Source: Lytechinus pictus
Taxonomy: Eukaryota
Direction: 5' to 3'
NCBI RefSeq assembly: GCF_037042905.1
Contig: NC_087245.1
Location: 35,032,001 to 35,096,000, forward strand
Length of the DNA stretch: 64,000 bases
Each line of letters starts with the position of its first letter. Within the stretch, counting starts at the first letter, position 1. The translations under genes were made by a program, and so were the position numbers. The notes below the pieces were generated by a model. It worked only from the letters and a program-made list of their open reading frames with translations, did no database searches and had not been told where the DNA came from. Shown piece after piece: positions 23,101-38,100 of the stretch.

Positions 23101-26100
23101 ATTCTGCTCAAAGCAACATGATGAAATAGATATTGGCTTGATGAATCACATTTTCTGTTTTCATTCCTGTCTCAGTGAGATTATTTTAAAATTTTAGTAT
23201 AAATTCTGGATTTCTTTTAGTGATCTGAGTTTTCATATCACAATCTGAAGTTCTATTTTCTGTCAGTTAATCATTTGCCCCAAATAAGGCTCTAACGAAA
23301 ATAACCATGACCTTTTTTCATTATATGTAGTTTCCCTTTTATCATCTTGGAGAATATTTGAATTTGGCCATTTTCAGGTTTGGTCATCTTTAAAATGGAG
23401 GCTCAAATGAAGGTTCCATTTTATGGAGGGAATTCTTGCAACTTGTTGTTTTTCCCCTTACATGTACTATAAGTTTTTTTTTCATCAAAATGATTTAACT
23501 CTGCTTGTTAGTAAGACTGCAAAATGCAAACTGGATGTGTTGTGTAAGTTAATATGGTATGTTTTTCAGGATTTTAATGTGAGGTCACATATCATGAACT
23601 GGTACCCCCAAAAGGGTGGAAGAGTTACATTTTTCAAAATGTTGACAGCGAAAAAATGTTGTAGATCACCAACCCCTTGTCCCATCAGCCTAGTTGATAT
23701 CTCATTTTAAAGGAAACCAAATCCCAAGAAGAGAAACAATCTTATTAGAAAGAGTAAATTGAGAGGAACAATTTAAAATAAGTTTAATCAAAATCGGTTG
23801 TGAAATAAGCAAGTTATGGACATTTAAAAAGTCTTGTTGTACTTTCTATGGGGATCCTCAAATTGGCAAACATGCCTTAAAATGGCTGATTTTGTGGACA
23901 ACTCTCCATTTGTTTTGTACACAAATTTTCAGATTTTCCCATGTATTTTACATTATTTCACATCTCCTGACCTTGACATATGTGGTGTTAATTATATTTT
24001 TCCATTTTTTCCATGCTCAGAACGAGGCAATATGCAATTTGAAAGATAATGGGTAAAATCTGAAGAAAACAATTGTGTACAAAACAAATGGAGAGTTGTC
24101 CACAAAATCAGCCATTTTGTGTTTTCTTACAGACTGAGCTTGGTTAGATGAATTTATATATTTGTTAATTACACCTGAATTTTACTGAAGAAGGGGATAC
24201 TTTCCATTCTAATAATAATTTTTTTTCATCAAAGAATGCACTTTTAACAAAATTTTGTATTGTTTATGATAAACATACAGACTGAGTTCTTATGTTAGCC
24301 TTATTTATTTCAAGGTCAATTGCATCATGTTTTATGGCTTCTCTCTCGAAAGAATTGTATATACAGTCCGGCCTCTCTTATCCGGACAGGTTGGGACCAG
24401 CACCGATCCGGATAAGGGATTTATCCGGATCTGGGAGACTCAGTATTAATACATGCAGCTGCCTCCCCAATGGTAGCTACATGTAATCTATTGTAGTGGG
24501 CATACACAGACAGTATTTCAGTGCTGTCAGTGCAAATTATATACGTTTTTTTACGGAAATGAAAATGATTGGTTTCCATTCCAAAACTCTTGGATAATTT
24601 ACCTGGTGAAATGAATGAGGAATACATCGAGCATACCTCGAAAGAAAGAGAATGACTCAATGAAACTAATTTTGAAAATTGGATCATCGTAGCTTCGCAA
24701 AGTCAGCCATTTTTATACTGACTGTAGGCTCAAATATGATGGATGGCGCTGTCCGTAATGCAAGACGAAGCCTGAGCGAGACATGTGTTGTTGTTTTTCC
24801 TGAAAAAAAAATGTGCAGTGCCCTGATTTACTGGAAAATTATCCTGTCTAAGTTTATTCGGTGATTTGATATTTTCATAAAAAATAATGATTGTAGGTAG
24901 ACTATATTGGAAAATTCATGTAATCAGAGTGAGTTTGTGTAGGAATTTTGAGTTTAGATTGAAATATCATTTCCCCACGTACTAGATTTAAAAAAAAAAT
25001 CTCGGCAAGTGTGCATCCGGATAATAGAGAGATCCGGATGAGGGAGGTCGGACTGTATTTAAAATAATCCATTGGAATGAAAATGGACGATTATAACTAT
25101 TGAAATTCTGTGTATGTCATTAGTTAGTATATGTTTGTAATGTGAGTTTTATGAACAGGACCTGAAGACTCATAGAGTTTTATTAATGAATTGCCAAGCC
25201 TGTGCACATTGCAGGATCTGATGCGACCCAATTTTTCTAACAAATTAATTTCGCATGAAAATATGGAACAAGTAAAATCATCTTATTTGAAATTTTGAGT
25301 AATGCTAGAAAGGGTCTGCATTACTACAAACCTTGACGTTGGAGTGAAGTTTAAGTTGGCTTCAAACTGTGGAGGATGGCAAGATTGCTATGACATTGTT
25401 ATGAATGAGAAATTAATTTGCTTTCACTCCTACAAAGAGGCTGACAATTGACTGGAATTTTGATTTTAGCACTCATATTATTACTCATATATTGATTCAG
25501 AACTTTAATACCTAAGATTTAGCAGTTGAAAAGAGCTTTCCAAATGCAACTTTACCTATTTTTTCCAAAATGGGATGATAAATAGATGTGCAGTTGCAGC
25601 AAGCTTAACTCTTCTTCCATTTTGAGTCTTGTTTATGGAGCCGTATGAGGTTATTATGCCTCTTGTCTTCTCTTTTGATCCTGAAGGTCACCTTCACCCG
25701 AGCCTATCTATAACCATGAGGGCAAGCGTCTCAACACCAGGGACTATCGGATGCGCAAGAAGTTGGAGGAGGATCGTCACAAGATGATCCAGGAAGCACT
25801 CTCTATGAATCCAGAGTACAAGCCTCCAGCAGATTACAAGTAAGTTTTCACCAAAAAGGGACCATCTTTTGTGCAGTGCCCTCGTAAAAAGTTTGATCAG
25901 TTTCTTGTGGAACTCAGTTTATTTACAACTTATTTAAAGGACAAGTCCACCCCAACAAAAAGTTGATTTGAATAAAAAGAGAAAAATCCAACAAGCATAA
26001 CACTAAAAATTTCATCAAAATCGGAGGTAAAATAAGAAAGTTGTGACATTTTAAAGTTTCGCTAAATTTCACAAAACAGTTATATGCACATTCTAATTTT

Positions 26101-29100
26101 TCCTCATTGTCAAGTCATACAAAGATTAATTCCTCCCTGAACATGTGGAATTAGCATTGTTTAATACTATATTGTTCAGTCAAGTTGGTCCTTATTGTCA
26201 AATCTATAAAAAATGAAATATTGTATAATTCAAACAATAAAAAACAAAAGAAATAGTGAGTGATGGACATCATCGACTGAGTCACCAAGTTGTGCATATC
26301 ACTGTTTTGTGTAAAATAAGTGAAACCTTAAAATGTCATAACTTTCTTCTTTTACATCCGATTTTGATGAAATTTTCAGCACTATGCTAGTTAGATTTTT
26401 CTCTATTTATTGAAGTCAGCATTTTCCTGGGGTGGACTTGACCTTTAAGTATTAAGCCCTCAAACCAACCACAAGTCTTGCAGTGAATTGCAAGTTTGCA
26501 ATCAGTAGCTGGTCTGTTCCTTGCAAAGGAAACTAGATTTGCTGAAAATGAATTTAATACATTATTTCAAATATTTCAATCAAAGCTTGCAAGTGGCCTC
26601 AACTAATGTTCAAACGACTACCGATTCGGCTTTTTGAGTGAAGATAGCTGTTACCATGTAGGATATTGACGACAGATATTGATTGTGTACTATTTGCAGG
26701 CCACCTGTCCAGCGAGTGAGTGATCGGGTCATGATACCACAGGATCAGCATCCAGATATCAACTTTGTTGGCTTACTCATCGGACCTCGGTAAGTTCTTT
26801 GTCTTTATCCAGGGGCCCATTTCATAAAGCTGTTCGTAAGTTACGAATGACTTTACGCAAGACTGGTGATCCTTTTTTGTGCCAAATGATATCCCTATGT
26901 AAGTGATTTAGCGCCTAAGAACAGGTTTCAGTCGTGCGTAAAGTTGTGCGTAACTTTACGAACAGCTTTATGAAACACCACCGTAGTACAAGGCATCATA
27001 ATCAAGGTTCAGCTGTAAGATAATTAGTTTTTCTGATTTCTAAATGGAAAAAGCAAAAACTAAATATTGAGTGAAAATTGATTTTATTGTTGAGATATAA
27101 AACAGAAAATTGGTAATTTTTCAATATTTTGATTCAAGAACAAAACATGTAAAAACAGGAAAACAGAAAAACAGTTTACTTTAAAAATATATGGATCTAT
27201 TTCATGAAACTTGGCCATAATCACTGAACATTCTGTGAGATTTTCAGGTCACATGATAAAGGTCATGTAGTGTAGTAGTGTCATGTTGCTCTAATTGCAT
27301 GTCTGATGTCAGTAATGTACAATAAGTATTATTGAAAGAATCATGATCTAGAGAGACTAGCGTTTCTGACTCTCACCTTTCAATTATGAAAAGGTCAAAT
27401 GGGTATCAATTATGAAAGGGTTATATGGGTTTCAATTATGAAAGGGTCATATGGGTTTCAATTATGAAAGGGTCATATGGGTTTCAATTATGAAAAGGTC
27501 AAATGGGTATCAATTATGAAAGGGTTATATGGGTTTCAATTATGAAAGGGTCATATGGGTTTCAATTATGAAAGGGTCATATGGGTTTCAATTATGAAAG
27601 GGTCATATGGGTTTCAATTATGAAAGGGTCATATGGGTTTCCAATTATGAAAGGGTCATATGGGTTTCAATTATGAAAGGGTCAAATGGGTTTCAATTAT
27701 GAAAGGGTCATATGGGTTTCAATTATGAAAGGGTCATATGGGTTTCAATTATGAAAAGGTCAAATGGGTTTCAATTATGAAAGGGTCATATGGGTTTCAA
27801 TTATGAAAGGGTCAAATGGGTTTCAATTATGAAAGGGTCTCAATTATGAAAGGGTCATATGGGTTTCAATTATGAAAGGGTTATATGGGTTTCAATTATG
27901 AAAGGGTCATATGGGTTTCAATTATGAAAGGGTCATATGGGTTTCAATTATGAAAGGGTCATATGGGTTTCAATTATGAAAGGGTCATATGGGTTTCAAT
28001 CCCAGCAATGACATTTAATTCCCTTCAGAAAGGAATTTATCCACAGTTTGACCCAGGTTGATGTAAATGGAGACCTTGAAGGCATCATTCTTTGAAATGC
28101 TTGTGTGCTGTAAAGGGCTTTGGGGATAAGGCAAGGGTAATAATATCCAAGTCTTGAAGATGCTCATATGGATTTTATAATATGATATGTGCTATGTAAG
28201 AACTGTGTTTTATGATTATTTTTATAGTTCTTATTATTTCCTTTATATATTTTTCTTCCTCAGAGGTAATACCTTGAAGAAACTTGAGAAGGATACGACC
28301 ACCAAGATTATGATCCGCGGCAAGGGATCAGTGAAAGAGGGCAAGGTTGGGCGTAAAGATGGCCAGCCTTTACCAGGAGAAGATGAACCTCTCCATGCCC
28401 TTGTCACAGCCAACAATGCTGAGAGTGTCAAGAAAGCAGTCATTCAGGTGAACCCTACTCCCATGTAGTTTGCCATAAGAGAGGGGTATACAAGTTAGGA
28501 GGTTGTTATGATATGAAAGCTCCATGATCTGTTAATTTTGAACAGACCGAGTGACTTCTGTGATGATGGAACTAGACATGAAATTCTTTATACTGTGAAA
28601 CCTTGAAGAAACTGCTAAACTTGACTTTATGTAATTATGAGACCGGAACCTGTTTCGTAATCCCATAATCCTTATTAATTACAGATGCCAGAAATCAATA
28701 ACAAATATTCGCCTGGCCATCCAAATTTTAGGATTTCTGGGTCAGTAACACAAAGGTTAGTGATCAATCGTATGCTTGATTTTCACGATTGATTGTACAA
28801 CACAGTCAATGGAATCAATCGTAGAAAATTTTTCTACGATCATTGCTAATCTTTGTGTTACGGGCCCCAGAAGTACATGTAGCTTGTAATTTGGTATTCA
28901 TACCAAGCTTTTCGAAAATGTGACCGAGATTGTTGCCATGATGCCCCTTTTAAACGACGATTATTTCTTTGAAAAAACCAAGAGAGATAACTTCTTGATG
29001 AGGTTTTCACAATTAGTCTTCATGCCTTCTCTTTCTGAATTCTCTGCTCACTTTGGGACTGATTCATGTTCCGTATAATCTCCTCTGCTCAGACTAAGCT

Positions 29101-32100
29101 ATATTTGTGCAATATATTTTAGGATATAGAACACGGAATCTAAGAGCATTAAAATTTCTTGCCTACCATATCACCTTTTGCTACCTTTATTTGCCTGCGC
29201 AGCGAGTTGCAATCTAACAGAACCCCCAACCCAACTTTATTTTTAACCAATCAGATTTAGGACCGGGGACTGTTTCATAGAGCTGTTTGTAAGTTAAGAG
29301 CGACTTTGGGAACAACTGGTGATAATTTCTTGTAAATAATATTTACCATGGGATCTAGCGCGTAATATTCTAAGTTCTCTTTCTGCAATAGACCTTGGGT
29401 AAGGTAGGAGGATTCTTAAATTTCTGTGGGGCTATTATATACAAAGCAAAAATATTGAAATTTCAGTTATAACAAACTATTTGTAGTTTTGTTAATTTGA
29501 ACTGCTGTACATCATTTTGTAAAACTTTATTTCTGGCAACTTGTAGGAAGGATTCACCACTAGAGCATTCATTACGTTAAAGGTAAATTGTGACATTGGT
29601 TTATTTCAAAACTTTCGTTTAGATTTCACTCTTCGCTTTTCAAAATACTCATAAACAAGTTCTGAGTCCATAAAATGTATTGCATTGGCCAAAAGAACTG
29701 TTTTTATTCTCAAAAAAATATATAAAGAAGAGAAATTTTGCCAAGTGAGCTTTCTTTTGATGCAGATTTTGAAATTGATATAAAAAATGAAGAGCGCCAC
29801 CTTGAGACCAAATGACATCAATACCTGCTCATGAATATTCATATCCATCGCCTCTGCGCTTGTCTCACGTGCCGATCTGTATACCGGCTATACAGTACAG
29901 TATCGGATTGAACGGCGGAGTCTGTTTGCGACTTTTTCATTCATATCCTGTAGGAGCGTGTGCATTCGCGCAGTCCCTCGACGGCAAATTAAATAACTTG
30001 GAAACAACCAAGGAACTTTTTTAAATGACCATCATAATAATTGTGATGTTATGCACGTTGTTTTTCAAATCGCGGAGAATAGGTCCTACGTACATCTTGA
30101 TATCTGGGCAGAGTACCAGGTACCGAGAGACGGCTTCCTTCCCTTTCCTTGCTTTTCATCTTTGCTTCGTTTCTCTAGCTGTATTTTTTTTTCTTTACTT
30201 GTCCAGGGTATGAAGGGAGGGAGAATTATGGTTGCTTGTGAAAGGGCTATTCTTATTTTTTCCCCGTTTTTTATTTCTATTTTATAATTATATTTACATA
30301 CGCATTTTTGTTTCGATTCCGATTCACTGAATCGTTATCAATTTCTTCAGGTTCTGTATTTTGATTTGTTCATTATTATAACGTGTTGTAACATTTTTTT
30401 TTAAAGGAAAAGGAAATCATTTTGTATTGAACTAGCTTTGCCGCCATTCTTCATTATTTTGCTTTGTGCGTTATATAGGCCTATAAGATGCTCTTTCTCT
30501 TCCAGTGATTATTTGTCAATATACTGCCTCAATGTATTTATCACAAAAAAATGACAAATACCGCGTGGCCTATGCCTTTTTTTTTAAACAATATATTCTG
30601 GGGCGGATCCAGCTTTCACAAATAACGGGGCCGGGGTGAACAATATTTTCATCCACATTTTTCCCGATCGATCGGCAGCTCAAAGCTAGTTTTTGTTGGA
30701 ATCTATAGTCGTAACAGTACTAAACCCTATAAAAAATGCGAGCGTGAGGTATTATTTTCGGACTGTGTATTGTGTCCTGAAAATTGATCTGAGCAATATG
30801 ATCATTAAACAATTAAGATGCACACTGACGGATAATAGGTGCTCAAAAATTTGAATAAGTAAAGGCCTATTTAGTTCCCTTGTTCGTTTTACTATAAGCC
30901 CTTCAACAATGTTTCCGTGTTTTGTATTACATTGATCAGTTAATATTTCTTTATGTCTCATACTATTTCGATATGAATTATACCTTGTCATTGTACTTGT
31001 TACTATGATTTTATATACTAATAACTCTGAACTTGTGAACCTGTTTAACCATAACTGAATGAATAAATCAATAAATGAATTGGTATAGGTGAATATATGT
31101 TCCATCGAACAGGCAATGCGAACACAAAGCGCGGGCTAAATTGTTTTTATACTTGTGTAGTGACATGATTGGCTCCCACCCCTCCCCAAGTCTGAATTCC
31201 CCTCACCTTTTTTTATTCATTCTTCCTCTTATATTCCCCCCCCCCTCTGCTTTCGTTCATATTACTTTGCGCCGCCAATATCGGGGGGGGGGGGGGCGTA
31301 ACGTCGGCCTCCTGGATCCGCCTATGATACCGGTGCGTAGGTCTGTATGTTATAACCATGTAACATCGATCCCCCTCCAAGTTTCTCTTTGCATTTTTCT
31401 TTTCAACTTGTTATGGTAGTATACTGAACAAGAACAAGTATGACGTCTCCTAGGTGCCTCTCCCTCCACCCACTCCTCCTCGGTCCGCTGCATGTGCTCG
31501 GATAATAAAATTACGTACTTATCGTGGTGATATATATATAATAAAATTGCAAATTTTATTGCAAAAACTGCATTACTCGTGAATTTGTGTTTCGCATTTC
31601 TGATGTCTTATTAAATATATATATATATATTCGAGGACATACAGCTAGGCGGAACTTTTTGGGGGAAGGGGTCTTCCATCTCTGTGTGATTCCGAAGTTC
31701 CGATGATGGTTCAGAGAATGTACTTCATGCAAAATCACGTTTTGGCATGACCTCTCAGCGCTGGGCATATCGACGGACAAAAAAATGCAAAAATGTGATG
31801 GATCGAAATGGTAAAAAATATATATTTTAAAGAAAACCATCGTTATAAAATGCAGTCATACCAACATATTTTTGTTAATACCAGTTTGAACTTAGATAAA
31901 AATTATAACCCGAGGCTATATTAGCAGCAGGGGCGGCGGAACCGGGGGGCGGCAGGGGCACTTAACCCCCTACATAAAAAAATCCCAGTAGGAAAAATGC
32001 CTTTTTTAAATGGAGAGTGCACTTATTTCAAAATGATGTACATGAATGTCCCTTTTCAAAATAAAATACCCTTTTTGAAGTCAAACGATACATTTTAGGT

Positions 32101-35100
32101 TGGAAATCACAAAATTTTTGGCTCGCGCTTCGCGCCCACATCATTTATTTTTTAGGAAGGCACTCACTTTGTTTTGGTTACAACTTGTGCTTATAATGTT
32201 CAATTTTCAGGTTTAAATGTCACAAATCTTCAGCTCGCGCTTTCCGCTCGCATCAAAGGTACACATTATGTTCTTGGTTTCAAACTGCTTAGAATATCCA
32301 GTTTTCAGGTTGAAATATTACAAATTTTCGGCTCGCCGCGCTTCGCATCAATTATTATTTATTAAGACACACAATTAAGTACTTGGGTTAAAAACGTGCT
32401 TAGAATGTCCAGTTTTCTGGTTGGAATATCGCGCTCGCGTCCATTCTTCAATTAGATGCACATCTTTTTCATAACAAAATTGCTCGGAATGTTTGATTTT
32501 CATGTCTTATTAGTCATGTTAGTACAAGCAATGTCTAGAATTTATAGCTCGCGATTTGCGCTCTTAACACCTCGCAAGAATGCTCTTTTAACAATAATTT
32601 GCGCGATTTGACCAAAAAGCGGCGAGTTTCACAACTTCAGATTTGAAAATGTTCAAACTGTTTGCTTGCTACGCTCGCTCCCGGAAAAATAAAGCCTAAA
32701 TAGATATTTTCTCAATCAGAAAAGACTTTAAAAAGGTTTTGCTCAATTTAATTACTACAAAACGCACAACTACTTAACACAGATGATAATCTCATGGTGA
32801 AAATATAAGTTTGCATAAAAAATGCAATCTTTTGCATATAAGTGCCTTTTTTCGCTTTGTCCCCCCCCCCCCAAAAAAAAAGAAAAAAAAAAAAAAATTG
32901 AAAATACGTTCCGTCGCCTATGATTCCGTCACCTATGGCACTCGCTGGTATTTGAATATATCATCATTTACACCCTCTCAAAGAAAGCAGACTTACTTTT
33001 GCCCTTTATTTTGCCCACAATGGAACTTACAGGAAAGCATATCAAACAGGATGCAAATGGAGGTCTATTCAGCCGGACGTTATTATACGCTTTGGAGTTT
33101 GGATTCTTGTTTGCCTAGAAAACGTAAAGTATTTCAAGAGTTTTTATATTTTCATTACATCTTTGTCCTTATTTCTCTATATCCGTAGCTCTACCATGTG
33201 CGTATTCGGGGGCGCCAAAATAGGGAGAAAAGGGAAGGAAAGAAAAGGGGTTGACGAATTGCTGTTTGACATGGGGGGGGGGTGGATGCGCCGAATTGAT
33301 GTTCAACCTAGAGTATGTATATAGCGGGTGCCGAATTTATGTTTTGCTTAGGGGCGCCGAATTGATGTTCGACCTAGGATGTGCCAAATTGATCTTCATC
33401 CTAGGGGGGGGGGGGCGAATTAATGTTTTACCTCGGGGCGCCGTATAGATGTTCGACATAGAGGCACCGAAGGGCACCGAAATGATGTTTAACCTTGGGG
33501 ATGGGGCGCCGAATAATTTTTTTCTATATACGGTTGTCGAGTTGCTGTTTGACATATAGGGGCGCCGAATTGATGTTCAACCTAGGGGGTGCCGAATGGA
33601 TATTCACCACACGCCAATTTGATATTTGTCTCGGTGCATCAAATTCAGGTTCAATTTACCTAGGGAGGGGAGGGGGTGCCAAACTCATGTTTGCTCCCAT
33701 CAATTACCAATCATGTTCATGATTACCAAAAGTGCCTAGAAAGTCCTAATTTTAGATCAGAATATAAAAACAAATTCATCCTACTCTTCGCATTAATTGT
33801 TTAGTAAGGTGGCGATCCTGTTCATGGTAAGATAAGTGCTTAGAATGTCTGACTTTGTATCAAAATATATAGATTTTTATTCAGCTCGCGCTTCGCGCTC
33901 GCATAAACTGTTTTGTTACTGATCATCCTTTTCATGATAACCGAAAATGCTTACTCAAATGTCCAAATTTTAGGTAAGAATATGAAAAAAATTTCATCTC
34001 GCTCTTTGCGGACGCATCAATGTTTAGTTAGATGACAATCCTGTTCATGATTACCAAAAGTGCTTAGAATGTCCACATTTTAGGTCAAAATATCAATCAC
34101 TTTTTAAGCTCGCGCTTCGCACTCGCACAAATTTACGAGGTCAGAATATCAAAAAATTTGAACTCGCGCTTAGCGCTCGCATTAATTATTTAGCTATATA
34201 CCCATCCTGTTCATGGTTATAAAAAGTGCTTATGATGTCCAGTGTTGGATTGGGAATTCAAAAATTGTCAGTTCGCACTTCGTGATCGCATAAAATGTTT
34301 TGTTACTGATCATCCTTTTCATGATAACCGAAAATGCTTACTCAAATGTCCAAATTTTAGGTAAGAATATGAAAAAAATTTCATCTCGCTCTTTGCGGAC
34401 GCATCAATGTTTAGTTAGATGACAATCCTGTTCATGATTACCAAAAGTGCTTAGAATGTCCACATTTTAGGTCAAAATATCAATCACTTTTTAAGCTCGC
34501 GCTTCGCACTCGCACAAATTTACGAGGTCAGAATATCAAAAAATTTGAACTCGCGCTTAGCGCTCGCATTAATTATTTAGCTATATACCCATCCTGTTCA
34601 TGGTTATAAAAAGTGCTTATGATGTCCAGTGTTGGATTGGGAATTCAAAAATTGTCAGTTCGCACTTCGTGATCGCATAAAATGTTGATAGATACTCATC
34701 CTGTTCTTGATTGCCAAAAGTGCTCATAGATTTTTTTCCCCTCAAATTTTAGGTCAGAATATAAAAAAAATTCAGCTCACGTTTCGCGCTCGTATCAATA
34801 ATAATTGTTTAAATAATTCATATACATATCATGTTCACGGTTGCAAAAAGCGTAGAATGTTTGATCGGAAAACAGATGAAAATATCCCCCTCCCCTATTG
34901 GCGAAAGCTGGATCTAGCCCCGGTTAAGAAATTACAGCTCCCGCACATAATTTTAGTATGGTCTACCACTCTGATGAAAAGTTGAACTAAATTGAAACCC
35001 CAAAACGCTTAAAAATTCTATGCTTTCTGGTCGCATTTATTCTTTTCAAGAAGTGGATACAACTTTGATCTTTTTTTACATGGACACACTATGGACACAT

Positions 35101-38100
35101 TAAAAAAAATGGTCTTCGATTGCCTTTTTCACGTGGTTGTGGAATAAGACAATTCAAAATGCATTTAGGCACTTTGATTGCCTGAGTGGTCGGGTCGGGG
35201 TGCAATTTTCCGAAAAGTTCACAGGGGCGCAAAAATAGTGACCCCCTCGTGGTGCAAAATCCTGGATATGCGCATGTCCGTCGGGCATCGTTTCCACTTT
35301 TGTACCTCTTTATCTATACCGGTGTGATACTATATAAGTCCATGGATCAGTTTACTTCCATTTCGTCTGATGCCAAATCGTCAAATTGCCAACTCGCCTA
35401 CTATCATTAAAGTCTACCATAATTATGTTCATCCACTATCGTCTAGTAACCAGTTGGTCCAATAGCCATTCAGTCCATATACCATTTGGTCTAATTGGAC
35501 AACGTGCTATTGTGCAAAATGAATGAAAATGAATTGGATACTGGACCAAATAGTTGTTCGACGAAATATTGATGGACGGAATGGATATGGACTAAATTAA
35601 ATCAGACCATGTGGTGAGTGCAAGTTGGCACTTGGCAGTCGACGACTTGGCAATTTACCAATGGACCTACTAGGCCACTAAATTGAACTTGTCCGAGTGT
35701 GCCATAACACCTAAACTGCAGGCTTTCTCATATCCGATACCCCCCCCCCCATCCCCGCCGCCCCAAGAAAGGGAAGGGGGGCATGGAGGAGAGAGAAGAA
35801 ATAAAGAAAGAAGTAGATTGTTGAAAGGGAATCAAAATAATATGAATCAAAGGGAATGTAAACGCAATATCATACTCTGTTTGAATCGCTTCTCTTTCAT
35901 GGAATTTATATTTTGAATAGATCGTTTCATTTCAGTCTTTCACATTATTTTACTTTCAACCCTGTATTTCATCAGCTTTACTATCAAAAGCCTGCGTAGC
36001 GAATTACAAAACGTCCCATCCTTGTTTCACCACCCATGACATTACGTAATTATCATTTTATTATTATCATGTAATGAAATTCATACTGTGTTTACACGCT
36101 GCATCTGCTGTCAGTTTGACTACCTTGTAAATATTTATTTACAAGGTAAAGCTTATTTCCAAGGTAATATTTATTTACAAGGTAAAGCCTATTTCCCCAC
36201 TGGAAAATAGCTTTAGAGCTTTCGTGGGTCATCCTGTGTAAGCCTGTTGTTTTTAATGCTACTGTATATATATTATGGTGACTTGCGAAATAAAATCAAT
36301 CAATCAATATTTTTTGACGATATCCAGTTGAAATCAGTGGCGTTCAAAATAATGGGGAAGGATTGGGGCTATATGGATTCCCAAATTTGTCACGGCCAAT
36401 ACAAAAAGAAAGCGAGAAGGGGAACTAATATCTGAATATTATGTCAAAATCTATCACCGATAAAAAATGATTTGTGCCCGACACATATATCTGGCCCCTT
36501 AATTCATATATTTTACGTTTATTATTTACGCCAATAGTTCAAGCAAGGTTCCTAACATCTTTCTGTATTTTTCGATGTTTACACAATTCCTAGCCTTGGG
36601 TTGGGGGTTGTGTGTATTCCTTATGTTCGCATTTTTTAATGTTATTTTTCTATTTATTTCAATATTATCCTCTCCAACTTTATTATGGTATGACTATTCA
36701 AGGAATTATAATTACTCGTTTGCTTGCATGCTCCATGACCGCTTTGCCTTCACTCCGGGGGGGGGGGGGGGGGGGGAGGGCACTTACATTGACGAGTGGA
36801 TACCATGCGCGACCCCAAAAACACAAAAATATTTAAAAAAGGGTATCTATGTTGCTATGAAAGCTACGTGTTTAGGGTAATATTTTCGGGGATGATGAAA
36901 CAAAATAAAAATGTTTTATAAAGGATGTCCTTTTTGCCCCAACACTACGTGTTTAGAGTCCGACTTGCGCGAGTTGTGGAAGGTGCATGGGGCCGTACTA
37001 AACCAAAATAATGATGTGTAAAGGTAAAACCAACGACCGACGGACCCGACATAACAATAAAATATCGCTGTACTTGTTTAGGGGTTCATTTCGGGAATAC
37101 TTGCCAAGAGTATCGTTTTGTTTCCAATACTTGTTAAGGGTCGGTTTGAGACGCCAATACTTGTTAAGGGGTGCAGTTTGAGAATATGGAAAATACGTGT
37201 TTGGGTGCTTTTCGAGACCCCATGGTCGCGCATGGTATCCACTCGTCAATGGAAGTGCCCCCCCCCCCCCCCCGGCCTTCACTTCTCTCAGTGCGTATTC
37301 AGAACTATTACTGTATTCTCATTGATCCCCCTGGAGTTGTAAAAAACCCATAAAGGCAAAATATTATATTTTCATCGGCAGCACATGTGCATTAATTACA
37401 TCATCATAAATTAAGTACATCAGGGATGCAAGTAATGTCTTTGTCCTGCTCATGTCGCAGTCATTCACATTTTTTCAACGGTTGAACTGCTCGTGCACAC
37501 TCTGTATGCGTATAGGCCTTTCCCGGAGGCCTTTCTTCCTCTCATTTGTTATAAAATTTCATCTTTTTATCAATTCTTTCTACTTGTTTACTGTCTATGA
37601 AGGGGTAGCAAGTTGATCTCCCATGGGGTGCCCCTATCTATTGCTGCATCATTTGTATCCATTTCTCTTTGACCATCCATTTCTTGGGAAAATACATCAA
37701 TTGGATGATCCATTTATATATGCCTATCCATCCATTCTTTCAGTCATCCATCCACCGGTCGTGCTGATGGTTTGATTATAGCATGGACCTAATAGGTCCA
37801 TGATTGTATAAAGTATAAAGCGCCCTACTATATCATTATAGGCTACCCCCACCCCCTCCCCATACTACATAAAAACTCGGCGACCCATGTACACATTTCA
37901 AAGCAGACGTAATGTACATGCACAATTCCCTTGTACATGTTGCACCTTGCTGCTTCTCCAGGTTTGCTTAGTCTTCTTTCACATACGTTGTTGCACTTTG
38001 CCCCACGGCGTGCCTTGTAAAGTTCTGTTGTAAGACTCTACATGCTGGTCGGCCCTGGAAATCACAACTCTGAAGCACGTGCACCGCGCAATACTCAACT

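Noticed and set aside
27379..28000. CRISPR-like array
   Set aside because: Units are contiguous with no unique spacers, there are no cas genes, and the context is a eukaryotic intron. It is a minisatellite.
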